Positions 1 through 16,039 of a DNA stretch of 64,000 bases are shown piece by piece. The notes under the pieces are model-generated. The model had not been told where the DNA came from. It made no database searches and was given only the letters and a program-made list of their open reading frames with translations. The stretch's first letter is position 1. Each line of letters starts with the position of its first letter. The position numbers were made by a program, and so were the translations under genes. This DNA is from the human T2T-CHM13v2.0 reference genome, Homo sapiens. Location: assembly GCF_009914755.1 (NCBI RefSeq), contig NC_060925.1; one strand, written 5' to 3'.

Positions 1-192
1 GGCTCACTGATGTGGTTCTACCTCGTCTTTTTAATTGCTGTGTAACAACGGTTCATGGTGCAAACATATCAGAGTGGTCTGCCTAAGTGACCTTTGTCAA
101 TGACTGTGCACTCGATTTGGAGTGGCAGGAAGTGGCCGCACCTCTGTCATAAATACCCGTTTATGGATCTCCTTCTGCTACTGGTGCTCTTG

Positions 193-503
<311 letters not shown>

Positions 504-940
504 GGCACTCATTCTTATGGGCTCACGCACCAGGGGTGGAATTGTTGGATCAGTTGCCATTCATTTCCCCGAAGCTGCCGGATTCAGATCCCACCAGCCA
601 CGTTGGTACTTGCTCTCCGCTTCCTGTGTGTAGACAGGAGGCACCATCTCTGTATTGACTCTGTAGCAATCTGGAGGGTGCAACGTGCGATCTCATTACT
701 GCTTTTCTTTTATGTCCTTTTGTCTCCATGGGAGGTTGAGCTTCTTTTCCTACAAGTTTACTTACTGTTTGCATTTACTTTTTCTTTGCATTGTCTGTTC
801 CAGTCCTCTGGCTATTTGACTATTGTGTAATAAAAGGACCAAAAACAAATGTGCCAAACTGTTGACAGTTTGAGTGTTGAAAATATGTGACTCTTTTGTA
901 CGTGTTTGAATTACAGATTTTCAAAATTTAAAAAAGCCTT

Positions 941-1076
941 GGCCAGACGAGGTGGCTGATGCCTATAAATCCCAGCACTTTGGGAGGCCAAGGTGGGAGG
1001 ATTGCTTGAGGCCAGAAGTTTGAGAATAGCCTGGGCAACATAGTGAGACCCCACCTCTACCAAAAAAAAAAAAAAA
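941..1076 (+). mobile_element. Alu left monomer (FLAM/AluJ-like)
   Basis: ggccagacgaggtggc...ggattgcttgaggccagaagtttgag, A-tail. Confidence 0.85.
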
Positions 1077-1099
1077 TCTCAATGAGAGCGTTTTAGGAA

Positions 1100-1750
1100 G
1101 ATTTGTTTGAGTGGGCTGAGATCTAAGGGACTTGGAGACTCTTGCAGTGGCCTTGCAAGTGATGACTTAAACAGTGAGAGTGAAGGTGGGATTCAGCAAC
1201 TATGGGGGCAGCAATTTACAATGTTTGGCGCTAATGTGGGAAGCCAAGAAGAGGAGGAATTGAGGGAGATGAGGGGTTTGAATCTGGGTGAACTAGAGGT
1301 TGATGATAGAAATTGGCAGCATTGTAGAGGCCAGGAGGGGGCCATTTGAGTCTACAAGGGATGTATGAGTGGGAGCAGGGTCACTGCTGGGGAGATGATA
1401 TTTGGTGGACACGTCAGGTTCACAGGCAGACACTCCCTGGAGCCATGAGAGCAAAGGATCCCACGGAGGGAGGTCCTGTGGAGGGAGAGACCCTCAAAAA
1501 CATCTGTGTGTAAGGAGCAGGAAGAACAGGCGGAGGAGCTGAGACAGAACCTTAGAGAGTGAGTCAGATACTGTCACAAAACTAGGAGCGTTTCAGGTCA
1601 AGGGCATGGTGGTATTTTCAGATACAGTTGAGAGGTAGAGAGAGGATGCTTGTTTTTTGGGCCCGTTCAATTTATCGATTAGGAGGTCATGATCTTGGAA
1701 GAGCATTTTCCCTGCAGGGTCTAGGCCTGAGGTCAGCTTGCTGCTTCTGC
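1100..1750 (-). mobile_element. Degraded L2-like fragment
   Basis: Purine-rich strand resembling antisense L2; boundaries uncertain. Confidence 0.35.
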
Positions 1751-1861
1751 AGCCTGAGTGCGTAGAGGGTGACGGAGACCACAGGAAGTGTGGTGGCAGC
1801 AGGAGAGGGCATCGGCTGTGGGTGGTTCTGGCCTGGGCCCCATCCTGGGCTCCGTGGCTGA

Positions 1862-2533
<672 letters not shown>

Positions 2534-2942
2534 TGAGCCTGCTGTGAACAGCCTCATCCAGTGTAGGCTGACCCCAGAGCGGCCCGGGGAAGAGCACAGT
2601 CATTTTTTTATTCCAACGGAAAGGAAACGAGGTTGCCAAAGAGACCCAAGGAGCCCACGGGCCAAATCAATAGCAACATTCTCCCTCTGCCCAGCTGGCT
2701 TTCCTCTCCAGCGCGGCTCCGGGGAAAACAGCTCAAGGTAGAGAGGACCTGGCTGTTGGCTGGCTCAGAGGCAGGTGGGGCCTGGCCAGGGATGCTCCGC
2801 CACATTCCTTCTCATTTTTTCGCTTTTGTCCCAGTAGCATCAGGACAGACGGACTCCATTCATCACCTAATCTCCATGCCTCAGGTTTCTGTTTATTTTT
2901 ATATAAACCAAAGCATTTTTCAATTGTAGCAAATACATATAA

Positions 2943-3405
<463 letters not shown>

Positions 3406-3524
3406 TAAAACCATTTTTAAGAGTTCAGTGGCATTAGGTACCTTCATATTGTTGTACAACCATCACCGTTGTCCATCTCCAGAACTTTCTTATCTTCCCC
3501 AACGGAAACTCTGTGCCCATTCGT

Positions 3525-3596
3525 CACTGACCCCCCATTCCTGCTCCCCGGAGCTCCTGGCACTGACCCCCCATTCCTGCTCCCCGGAGCTCCTGG
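3525..3596. repeat. Perfect 36-bp tandem duplication
   Basis: cactgaccccccattcctgctccccggagctcctgg x2. Confidence 0.95.
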
Positions 3597-4091
3597 CAAC
3601 CACCATTCAACTTTCTGTCTCTATGGATCCGATTGTCTTAGGTACCTCATGTAAGTGCAATCATATAGTATTTGTCTTTTTGTTACTGGCTTATTTTACT
3701 TCATATAACGTGTTCAAGATTCACTCATATAGCATGTATCAAAATGTCCTTCCGTGTTAAGGCTGAGTAATATTTCATCGTGGGGATGGGCCCCATTTTG
3801 CTTCTTTGTTCATCTGTCCGTGGACGCGGGTTGCTTGCACCTTTTGGCCATTGTGAACAATGCTGCTATGAACATGGGTGCACAAATATCTGTTCAAGGC
3901 CCTGCTTTGCATTTATTTGAGTGAACACCCAGAAGTGGATTTTCTAGGTCATATGGTAATTCTATTTTGAGTTTTTTGAGGAATTGCCGTATTGTTTTCT
4001 ACAGGGCCTGTAAAATGCAACATTTTGTAAAATGGTGCATTTTCATTGGGTGATCTTTAAGGTATCTTTGTGCTTCAAAAGAATGTTGTGG

Positions 4092-4695
<604 letters not shown>

Positions 4696-5105
4696 GAATG
4701 TTGTGGTTCTCTGGTCCCTTGATCAGTGGCTGGACGATGATCTTTGGAGTTTTTACCCTCCGAATGTCATGTGCACAGTAGTAACGATAGCTACCACCTA
4801 ATGCATTCATACATATCAAGTACAAGGTACTCAGAGATGCCCCATGCAGAGCTGTGTAAGCATCCAGCACTGTTTGAGGACCTAGTGTGTGCTGGGAACC
4901 ATAAGACTCTTCGTGTCTGTCCATTTTCTTCTCTGAGGCTCTCTGCAGGCTTCCAGGGTAGGCATTTATTGTTCTCGTCTCTGTAGGTGGAAAGTGAGCA
5001 GTGCTCTCTCATGTTGTTGGTTTGAAATGTTATTTCTCGGGTTGTTAACTCACTTTGAATTTTCTGTTTACTTAAAACAAATTTTCTAATTTTTCCTCCT
5101 GGTTC

Positions 5106-5395
<290 letters not shown>

Positions 5396-8300
5396 CCTCC
5401 TCCTGGTTCTTTACTGCTTCCCCCAAAGCAAAAGGAAGAAAGAGGAGTGGGGGATCCTCTGCCCGCGTGCATTCAAGGAAGAGTCTGGGGCAGAGGCAGG
5501 GGCAGGAGGCCGCTGCCTGAGTTCACCCCTGGCGCTGGGCTAGTGAGGACGCAACTCCTGGCCGGCTCGGGCAGGTCCCTCACTCTGAGACAATAAAAGG
5601 GCATAGTTGCTGTGTTCAGGGAGCCACTGCCCTTTGCTGCCTTTTCATTCGGTGATGAAACTGCACTGCTCCCTGGAAAGAGGGGGACACTAGCCCTCCA
5701 TCTCCATTTATAGTTCTTTCTATAGTCCCTGTCCAGAGACCCAGGTGGGTACGGGTGAGTTTGGGGAAGGAGCCTTCTAACCTGGCACCTCCCCTTCTGG
5801 TGCCTGCTGGTCCCCACTGAGGGGCCGCTTCACAGTGCTGGGGCCTGACTCCCTATCGTGGCATTCAAGGCCCTTGGCATCTGGCTGCAGACCATGTTTC
5901 TAGCTCTCTCTGGCATCATTGCCCCAAATGCTCCTGGCATTCTAAGAAACTCCTCCATCAGTTCTGCTTGTCCCAATGAGAAGAGATGACAAGGGGCCTA
6001 CATGAGAGGGGAAGGGGTGCTTTCTGGTCGTTTCCATCTAGTTGTCCTAGAAACGGTCCATTTATGTTACCAGCACATCAGAGTCAGGATCTGAGCCTCT
6101 AACCCCCGGGATTAGCTCCAGCTCAATGGCCTTCCCCCTCCAAGGCAGAGTGGAGGACAAGAGTTGGCCCTGAAGTCCCTCTAAGAGGCCAAGGACGGGG
6201 GCTCAGTGGGGGAAAGAGGAGAGGGCTCCTGACACTCAGGGGAGGAGTGTGGCCAGGGCAGGCACCTCACACCTGGCCAGCCACCTGCCCACCTAGCCAG
6301 TGAGATTGTTCACTCGTTTTAACTTTAAGGCCTCCATGGTTTGGGGACAGGAAACCCTCTTTGGGGGGATGGGAGAACAGGGTGAGGCTGGGGGTAGGGG
6401 AGGGGTGCACCCTAACCTCGCACCCCAGCCCTCTGCGGGCTTTTCTCCCCTTCAGCTGTGAGTGCAGCGCCTCCAGCCTTGCTGAGGTGGGGTCCCCAGT
6501 TAGGTGCCTCTCTGGGGGTGGCATCCGCTCAGAGCCTCAGGCCACCCTCCTGATGGGGACTCCCTGGCCACCGGGGCCCTGAGCCAATATCCGTGGAGGC
6601 TGCAGAGCCGCTGGTAAGGATGAACCTCCCTGCTCCCTGCCTCCGTTCGTTCTCTTGCTCCCTCACTCTGTCTCTGTCTCTCCTGGGACGCCCCATGAAG
6701 CCAGGGCAGCTGCTCTAGCCGAAGATCAGCATGGGGAAAAACAGACCCAAGAGCACCTTTAGGGGCGGGAGGGGTAACTTAAGAGAGTGACCTGGTGGCT
6801 CTTCCGGTGAGGAAGGGACGTGGGTCTGCTGCCAACGCTCTGGCCAAGGTCAGCAGCCTGTCTCTGAAAAAAGGCAGGGATGGAGATGTCCCCACCTCCT
6901 CAGCTGGGGTGCAGGGAAGAGGGAGCAGGTTTGAATTGGTTCCTGGAAGACATTGAGTGCTCAGATGGGGGAGGGGCCAACATCTCTCCCTGCAGGTCCC
7001 CTGTCCCCTCGCTCCTCCCCCCAGACCTGGAGACATGGAGGTTGGCGGTTGGGGGGTGCCACTCAGCTCTCCCCTACCCCGTTTCTTCAGGCTTCTGCTC
7101 ATGGAGACCTGGGAGACAGCCAAGGCCCTGGCCGTGGGCTCCCCAGGACCCCTTTGTGGGGTGCCCCTGCCCAGGGGAGACCCTGTCCCCAGGGAGGAGG
7201 TTCGTGACTGTATGGGGGCTCTGGGTGTGCTGTGACAGGAGGCAGTTGGGGATCCATGCCTAGGCTATCCTGGCTGCGCCTAAGGCCCCTCCAGGACAGC
7301 ACTTGTGGGGGTCAGTGTACCTAAGGCCACCCAGGACAGCACTTGCTGGGGAGGACAGGGGGCACAGCCAGATGCTGCCCTGGCCACTCTCTTGCCAGCT
7401 CCGGCCTCGCCCAGGAGGAAGTATACTTTCTTCTTTGCTGGTGAGTTTCTGTTCATTTCAGGACAAGTTGCCTGGGAACCAGAGAGTTGGTCACAGCTGG
7501 AAAAGGGTCTGGGAAGGGAATCGTGCTGGCTTCACCTTTGAGTCTGGCCTTGCAGGCAGGGCTGGGGTCTTCAGTGCCGCCTTTTGAGGTCTGAGGGGGC
7601 GTCACCTCCCCCATATGACTTCGTGGCTGTGAAACGTGGGTGGCGTGGGCCACGATTCTGCCTTCGCCCCAGCTTCCTGGGGGCGCTCCCGCCTTGCTCT
7701 GCTGTGCTTTCCTGAATGGGATGAGGGGGTCTTTGGGTCTTGGGGAGGGTGCAGCAGCCACAGAACAGGAGCGTGGACACCCTGGCCCCATTCTGGAGGA
7801 CTCTGGAAAACCCGGCCGATTACCTTGTAATTGTTCCCAGCAGTGAGGATCGAGTCTGGGCCCGGGAGCGGCCTCCAGTGTTTGTTTTGCCTTCTGGTTC
7901 TCCAGGCCAGTGGTAACCAAGGGCCGCTTCCCCTTGGAGACGGTGGAGCTTGCTCCGGCCAGGGCTGATCCAGCCCAGGCAAGGCAGGCCTGGGGACCCT
8001 ACTGCAGGGGCTCCGGAGGTCCTGCCCTCACCCCTCTTCTGTCATTCTCCCCCCAGCGGTGAGGACCTGTGGGGCTTTTCTCCTGGGTCTTTTCCCAGGC
8101 ACTTGCCTAGAATATTCGAGAACTCCAGGTCCCCCGGTAGGTATCTGGGACACCCTGAGAATGCTCACTGGCCAGCCACATGTGGGTGGTCTCGGGTGGG
8201 GCGTGGACTTCAGCTAGGACTTAGGGCTGTGACTCACCGCCAGGCCAGGTTCTGGCAGGACCCAGGGTCCTCAGGTAATTCCGGGGCGAGTCTGGAGGCG

Positions 8301-10282
8301 ACGGAGAGGTGCTCTGAGACGGCTGCAGTGGAGGCCAACCAGGGAAGGCTCCGTGGAGGAGGGGCCCCTGGAAGATCCCACACAGATGGGATTCCTGTCA
8401 GATGGGGTTGTTTGAAGTGAAAAGAACATCGTTATAACTCATGTGGTTCTTAAGGACTAGCAGGGCTGGTGTGGCCACTGGTGTCTAAGGGACCTTTGGA
8501 GAAGCTGAGAGGGCCTGTCAGGGGCTTGGAAGGTGGAGAGCAGGGACCCTGTGAGGAGGGGAGGGGCCTCCAGCAGGGTCGCCCTGACCTCTGTCTTCCC
8601 AGACCCCGAGTGACTGATGGCTTCTACAGGGTCTGGGCAAGGGGATCGGCAGCCTGTTTATGTGCCCTGCCCCCCATTCTTGTGGACCTGGTGGCAGGAC
8701 AGGGGAAGCTACCTGCTCCTTCCGTGGCACAGGTCGGCCTCTAGATGTGGCTGGTTCAGGTCAGTTGTATTTTAGGATTGGCTTGGAGAGGGATGGGAGC
8801 CCCTCCACCTTTTCCTTCTGATGTGTGTTTCCTCCAGCCCCCCACCTCGGGAGGACCCCCACCGACAGCCCTTGAACCACCTGGGCATGCAGGTCACCCA
8901 GAGGTCTGGGGCTAGTGCCATTCAGGGGCAGTAGCCCGAGACTCTGCATTTCCAGCAAGCTCCCGGCTGATGGTCTGTGGGCCGCCCTAGGGTCACCGGG
9001 TGCAGGGCACGCAGGGTGACCAGTTCCCTCGCCCCTGTAGGAACTGTTCTCAAGAGAGGAGACAGACTCTCCTTGGGCAGGCTTTCTCTCCTGTCTGGTT
9101 TTCCATTTGGGGGCCTAGAGAAGGGGTGCTGTCAATCAGCAGAGGAGGGGCCTGGGGGGGAAGGCAGGGACACTGGTGTTTGGGGACTGGCCGGAGCCCC
9201 GCGGTCTGACTTTCACACGGATTCCTGCCACCAGCCCAGCTGCCGATACAATTAAACCTCAGTGATTCACTGTAGTGCATGTCAAGGCAAGGCGTTGTGT
9301 TATGAAAACGTGGGTCCCAGAGGTTTGTTTTGTTGGCAGGTCTTGCTGCCTCAGCAGAAAAGAGGCGCTTTTGATATGGGAACGGAAACTTGGGACCATG
9401 TTAGAAATAGTGTGTTCGGCAGAGAGGACCTTGGTCCTCCTCCAGCTGTGGAAACTCCACGCCTGGCGGGAAGATGGCAGCCTGTGGGGCTGGGGAGGGT
9501 CCCCGCAGCACCTGGGTCTGCGGTCTGAGCCGCCTGTGCTGTGATGTGGCCGGCCTTCCCTGCCACCGAGGGGCGTGGGATGCACCCGTCCCCTGCTCGC
9601 CCCTCTGCCTGCAAAGGTAACATGCTGCTGTTTTTTATTTTATGGAAAGTCCAGCTTGCAGAGGAAATACCTTTCTCAACGCAGCCTGTCTGATGTCGCG
9701 GAGCAGCTCTGCCCAGCAAGGCGAGCACATGAAACGCACATTTGTAGTCCTCCTGTGTACCTGGCTGCGGTGCGGGGAGGCAGAGTGGGAAGGGGAGAAG
9801 ACTGGTCTAGCTCAAAAGGCCAGTCCTGGGCTTCAATTTCCAACACTGGGCTGACTCTGCTGGGACAAGCAACTGCCTCTGTTCTTGTCTCTTCCTCCTC
9901 GGGCCCTGATTGCTGGCCTGGACTAGCCCATTCAATGGATATTGGGCCAATTTCCCTTTTTTCCACTTCCCCTTTCTTCCCCTTGTGTTCTCAAAATGTG
10001 ATAAATGGAATAGGCACACCCCAGATCCAAGTTGCTTTTCTGAGAAACTTCCCGCAGTACTTAGGTCCTGGCCCCCCGGCCTCAGAACAGAGAAGCACGG
10101 TACACACACCACTCCCCACCAGGGCACTGCAGACCTATGTCCAGGCTGCCACCCCTTCCCAAGGGCATGAGGGAGGCAGTGGGGGAGAGTTCGGAGATGC
10201 AGGTAGAACCTCCGCCAGCAGCCCCTTCCCCTGAAGCTTGCACTCATTGTTCAGATGATTGGGTGTTGCCTGCCTCCCCCCA

Positions 10283-10360
10283 CTAGACTGAGCTCCCTGA
10301 GGGCAGCAAGTTCTGCCTGTTCTGTGTATCCAGTAGGTGCTTAATACTTTTGGAATGAAT
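10283..10360 (+). mobile_element. L2 3' end
   Basis: ctagactgagctccctgagggcag...agtaggtgcttaata...gaatgaat. Confidence 0.6.
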
Positions 10361-10551
10361 TCCAGCCCTGAGGCACATTATTTGGACTTGGGTGTTTTCC
10401 CACTGTTCACCAGCTGAACATTGCCAGACCATCTCTCTGGTTGGGTCACTTCTGCCGGTGACATCTTGTCCATGTTGTTTGTTCTTTCCAGTTTCCTCTT
10501 GGGAGAGATGTTTTCTAGCAGTTCGGAGGAAGGCCTGTTCTCCCTTCCTGA

Positions 10552-10872
<321 letters not shown>

Positions 10873-11939
10873 TAGTTGGCCTGTGTTTTGAATTGGCCAC
10901 CTTGTTGAGGCACTCAGGGACTGAGAAACAAAGCAAGGTCTTGAGAAGCTCATTCTAACCTGTCTTAGGGGCTTAGCAGATACTTGTGGGGTGGGTGAGC
11001 AAGCGACTCAGAGCACAGGCCTCAGATGGTGGAGTTCTCGGCCGACTTCCCATGTTCCATGTGAGTGAGCCTGGCCAGGAGAGGATCCGTGGGCAGTGGC
11101 AGCACCTGGCATGAGACACCTGGGCTGTGCCAGGCCTGTGAGTGACGATCCCTCCGTGAGAATGAAGAAATGCAACCCATGAGAAGAGGTTTGCGTAGTG
11201 ACAAGTCCAGAAACCGTGTGCATCAGCCTGGGGCACCCCTAGCTGTGGGCAGAAGCTCCATGGTGCAGCTCATAGTGGCAGTCAGGCCCCAGCGTCAACC
11301 GTGGGAGAGCACGGAGGATCCCAGTGGCTTGTCAATTCGCTGATAGCAGAAGGTAGGGCCTTTGCCAGTTTGGAGCTGCCTCAGGGTGTTGACCTGCTCA
11401 GTGAGAAAGTAGGCGCCTAGGAATCCAAACGTCCCTCTCCCGCCTCATCCTGCCTTGTTCCCAGTGTAGTGATCACCCTGACATCGGTTCTCCCATGTCC
11501 TCATCCCCCGCCAGCCCGCGGGGTCATCCCCTCCCCAGACCACAGTTTGGGCCCAGGGGTCTGGGGCACACATCCGAGATGCAGGCACACATCCCGGACT
11601 CCTCCGGAGAAACTCCATCTACAGGTGCTGTCTCGGGGCAGCAAGGGCTGCCAAACCACAGCCCTGCACTTTTTCCTTTGGAGAACAGAAAGGGGAGGGG
11701 GCAGAGGCCTGGACTGCAGCAATTCTGCTCTCGAAGGCTCTTCACTCCCCACATCTGAGCATCAATGGTGTCCTTTTGTGTAACCCTGGCTAATAAGCCC
11801 AGTTGAAACAGCCAGGTCTCTGTAAGTTCTGTGCCTCTCTCTGCCCTGCACCCCCATCCACACCCACCCCCTGTCCATGTGGATCTTGGAGAGATATAGA
11901 TAGATCTTGGAGAGGTAGACATCTTTCATCCATTTATGT

Positions 11940-12400
11940 GTTTTGTTTTTATTGAGGTGAAATTCACATAACATTCACCTTTTTAAGAGTACAATTCGAT
12001 GGCATTGAGTACATTCGCAATATAGTATACTACCACCTCTGTCTTGTTCCAAAACAGTTTCATCACCCCTAAAAGAGGCTCGAGTCCCAAAACAGTTTCA
12101 TCACCCCTAAAAGAGACCTCTGTCACTTCCCATCCCCCTGCTTCCTGGCCCCAGGCAAGTGCCAGTCTGCTTTCTGTTTCTATGGATTTGCCTATCCTGG
12201 TCATTTCGTCGAAAGGGAATCGTACAATGTGTGACCTTTTATATCTGGCTTCCTTCACATTAATATAAAGTTTTGGGGGTTCATTCACATTGTATCATGC
12301 ACTAGTACTTTATGCCTTTTTATGGCTGAATAATATTCCACTGAATGTGTATACCACAATTTGTTTATCCATGCATCCATTGATGGACATTTGGGCTCAT
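11940..12400 (-). mobile_element. L1M (L1MB-like) 3' end
   Basis: ttattgaggtgaaattcacataac...tatggctgaataatattcc...gatggacatttggg. Confidence 0.8.
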
Positions 12401-12652
12401 CCATTTATGTTTTTGCAACAATAACAAGACAACAGTAAAGAAGTTTAAAAGGCAGGGAATTCATAAGCTCATCACTCTAAACACAGCGACATTTTCATTT
12501 CTCCGGGCTCCTTTCTACCTCTTTCCTGAGTATGCCGATACAGTTTTTTCTAGGTTTTAGTCTCACGGCAGATGCAGTTGTGACCTTTTTTTCACTTGAC
12601 ATGGGAAACCTTTTCCCTTGTGCTCTTGTACAGAGATCCTTCCCATTAGCAG

Positions 12653-12958
12653 GTTTTTTGTTTTTTATTTTTTTGAGACAGAGTCTCGCTCTGTTGCCTA
12701 GGCTGGAGTGCAGTGGCGCGATCTCGGCTCACTGAAAGCTCCGCCTCCTGGGTTCATGCCATTCTCCTGCCTCAGCCTCCCAAGTAGCTGGGACTAGAGG
12801 CGCCTGCCACCACACCTGGCTAATTTTTTGTATTTTTAAAAGTAGAGATGGGGTTTCACCGTGTTAGCCAGGATGGTCTCGATCTCCTGACCTTGTGATC
12901 CGCCCACCTCGGCCTCCCAAAGTGCTGGGATTACAGGCGTGAGCCACTGCACCTGGCC
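12653..12958 (-). mobile_element. AluY
   Basis: Y-type diagnostics (aagctccgcc, ccattctcc, ccgtgttagccaggatggtctcgatc). Confidence 0.92.
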
Positions 12959-13058
12959 AAGATAAGTTTTTAAAAATTATGGTACAAGTGTAATCCTGAT
13001 GGTTTTCATTTAATAGGGATCTGAGATTCTAAACTGTTGAGCCATAATTCCTTGAAAC

Positions 13059-13233
13059 CAGTGGTTCTCAATCTCTGGCCTCATCCTAGTTCCCTGGAGG
13101 GCTCATTAGAATGCAGGCTGCCCCGTGGAGTTTCTGATTCAGAAAGTCTAACGGGATCAGGAATTTGCATCTCTGAGTTCCCAGGTGACGCTGACTGATG
13201 TTGCTGGTTGGGACCCCACTTTGAGAACCACTC
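13059..13233. mobile_element. MER5A-like hAT DNA transposon
   Basis: Terminal inverted repeats AGTGGTTCTCAA (13060-13071) and TTGAGAACCACT (13221-13232). Confidence 0.8.
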
Positions 13234-15906
13234 CTGTAAAACAGGGCCTTTCCATCTGCCTTTCCTCACCGCCAGACAGAGGGAGGCCTGTGGGTCTCGT
13301 GACGGGACCGAGCAACTTGGGTCACCCCTGTGAGTTGTAGGGCCAGCACCTGCCATGGCATTCCCTGGCTGAGCGCTCTCCTGCACTTGGCATTCACGAT
13401 TCCAAGCTATCAGGTGTCCCCTGATAGCCTCAGGTGTTGAGAGGCGGCAGGAGGAGGGCAGGGAGCAGCATGTATGAAGCTCTTACTTTGTGCCTGGAGC
13501 TTTATTAGGCAATTCTATGGTGACATCATGAACGCTGCCCTTCTTATTCTTATTCCCCCAGGTGGTTTGAGGGCAGCCACCTGGGCCTCAGGGGGCGGAT
13601 GAGTGGATGCCCGGCCCCCTGACTGTCACGTAGGCTGGGTGGTGGCCCCTGAAATCTCTCTGGGTTGATGCTTCCTGAGTCCTCAGATCCCTTCCCCGGT
13701 CCTTTCCTGGTCAGCCTGCTGCTCATTATCCCTGGAGGGACATGAGGGTGACCCAAGGACCACTCCCAGAGGTGACCTTTGCCAGCTGGCACATCCCATG
13801 GAGAGAGGTCAGAGTGTCACTGGCTCCCGTTCAGGCCTTGGCACCCTGAAAGCCTGGGTTTGGTCGGATCCCCTATGTCCAAGAGACTGCCTTGTTGGGG
13901 GAAAGTGGCAGACTTTGGATGCACTCCAGCCTCTTCCTCTCAGGCCAGGCAGCCCTGAACTCTGGAGTCCCACAGGAGGCTAGGCTGGAGCGAGGCCCTT
14001 CCAGAGAACCAGCTTCTCTGCAGAGCCTCCTCCTGGGAGTCACTGGGCCCACCTGATCCACCCTGCCTCAAGCCCCCGTCTCCTGCCTTCTGGGGAGCTG
14101 CTGGGGGTTGGAGGGCAAAGAGCACCAGCGTCTCTGAGCCTGTCCCCGTGGGTACCCTGTTGGTGGCTCTTTTCTTGGAGATGGCCGTGGGGCTGCTTTT
14201 GGGCCTGCCTTTCTGCTTCCACTCTTTGGGGGCGCCCCACCTCCTGTGTGAACCAGATGGGCCCAGTGTGTTACCCGCCGAGGCTAGGCAGTGTCGGTGG
14301 TCCATAGTCCACGTTTTATTCCTCTTGCCGTGGGAGGGCATGTCTGCTGCTGTCTGGGTCACCTTTTGGGAAGGTTGCTGTGTGTCCCTGGGGTCCCTCA
14401 AGAACTGGCTTCTCGTCTGCATCAGGCACAGTCCGTTGTCCTCGCCACCCTGACTAAGCTACAGCTGCGATATATTGTAATTTTCAGTCTGTTTGACTAT
14501 CATGCTGGTTTCCCAGGCCATGGCTCCACTGATTCGAGCCCTCTGAAAGTGCTGTGAGTCATCTGGGCCCTTCCATAGGTGTTTACAGCAGGTGCATTTT
14601 GGGTCTTTTGAGGTCAGGGACTAGAGCTCTGGACCGTGTGGGATTTTCTCTCCAAAATCACTTGTCAGAACTTTCCAGAAGGATCCTGTTCTTTTTTGTT
14701 GATTCTAGGGGCACAGACTTATTTTTATATCCCTCCTTGAGGGGTCCCTCCTCAAGTTGGCAGTTGGCAGGGTGAGGGGTGGAGGGTGGTAACCACGTGT
14801 CACAAGCCCTGCTGGTGGTGGCCCCTTTGCCAGGGGCTCCATGGCCCAGCCAGCACGGAGCATGCCCCGAGCCCTTCCACCACCAAGAGTGTCCCTGCCA
14901 CTCATGCTCAGGATGCTGGAGGGAGCACAGAACCCCAGTGAGCGGGCAGAGCCCAGGCAGCGGCTGAGCCAGGCTGCAGAGATTGATTCTGATAAAATAG
15001 CAGATTGCTCGGGGCATGTTTCTCTTGCAAAATCCTGGGCTGCCACCACTGATGTGTGAGACGGGGCGGCAGAGGGAGGGAACTTACGTGATCTTCAGGT
15101 GAAAGGAGGCTTTATAAATAGGTCACCTTGTTCCACATCCTGAATTTCATTCTTTCCCCATCTTGGGGCAAAACAATGGTTTTACTGTTCTGGGGTCAGT
15201 CGGACACACTGTGGAGGAACTGGGTGTAAGGAGGTGGGTGAGTGTCTGCCACTCGCTGGTGACAGACCCACCTCTGTGCATCCTTTACCTGCCCTTTCTG
15301 TCTGTCTGTCCCCAGTCGCTTTGGCTACATCCCCAAAAGAGGGTGTAGCCGTTCCTTCAACAGACCTCTTCCTAAAACACCACCACAAACAGGTAATTTT
15401 TAGAGGAAGCAAGGCTCGGGAACAATTGATCTGAAAGCATTTTGGGGGAAGGTGGGGTCTGCAGGGTTGTGGCTTTAATTGAAACACCATCGGGGGGTTG
15501 CCGGCAGGTGCTGTGCAGTCTGGCCTGTCTCAGCCTCCCCCAGGGTCTGCTCTCAGTGCCTCATTCCTCCTCACCTCCTCCTCTTCCCTGGCGTTGGTCT
15601 ATCAGGGGTGGAACAGCCACCGGTGTTTCTGATGGGGCCACCTCACCTGGCCTTTGCCACATGCAGAGCTGCTGTGCAGCTGCCACCTGGCTGGGTATGG
15701 GGACGGACCAGCTGTTCTCTTCTTGTGTTCTGGGTCAGTAGAGAGAGACAGCCGCCCCATTTTTACGGGGCTAATTAAAATCTGTAATTTTGAAACAGTA
15801 TAATCGGAAGTCTTGGGATAGATCACTGTAGAAATAATGTCCCTCTTCGGGATGGCCCCAAAGCTTCCCCAGGATTCTCATCCTTTATTTAAATACCCTT
15901 CTGCCA

Positions 15907-16039
15907 GGCTGGGCATGGTGGCTCACACCTGTTATCCGAGCACTTTGGGTGGCCAAGACAGGAGAATTGCTTGAGCCTCGTAGTTAAGAGAGCAGCCTGG
16001 GCAACATAGTGAGACCCTGTCTCTTTAAAAGAAAAAAAA
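15907..16039 (+). mobile_element. Alu left monomer (FLAM)
   Basis: Monomer with A-tail; degenerate TSD ttaaatacccttctgcca / ttaaacgcccttctacca. Confidence 0.85.
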
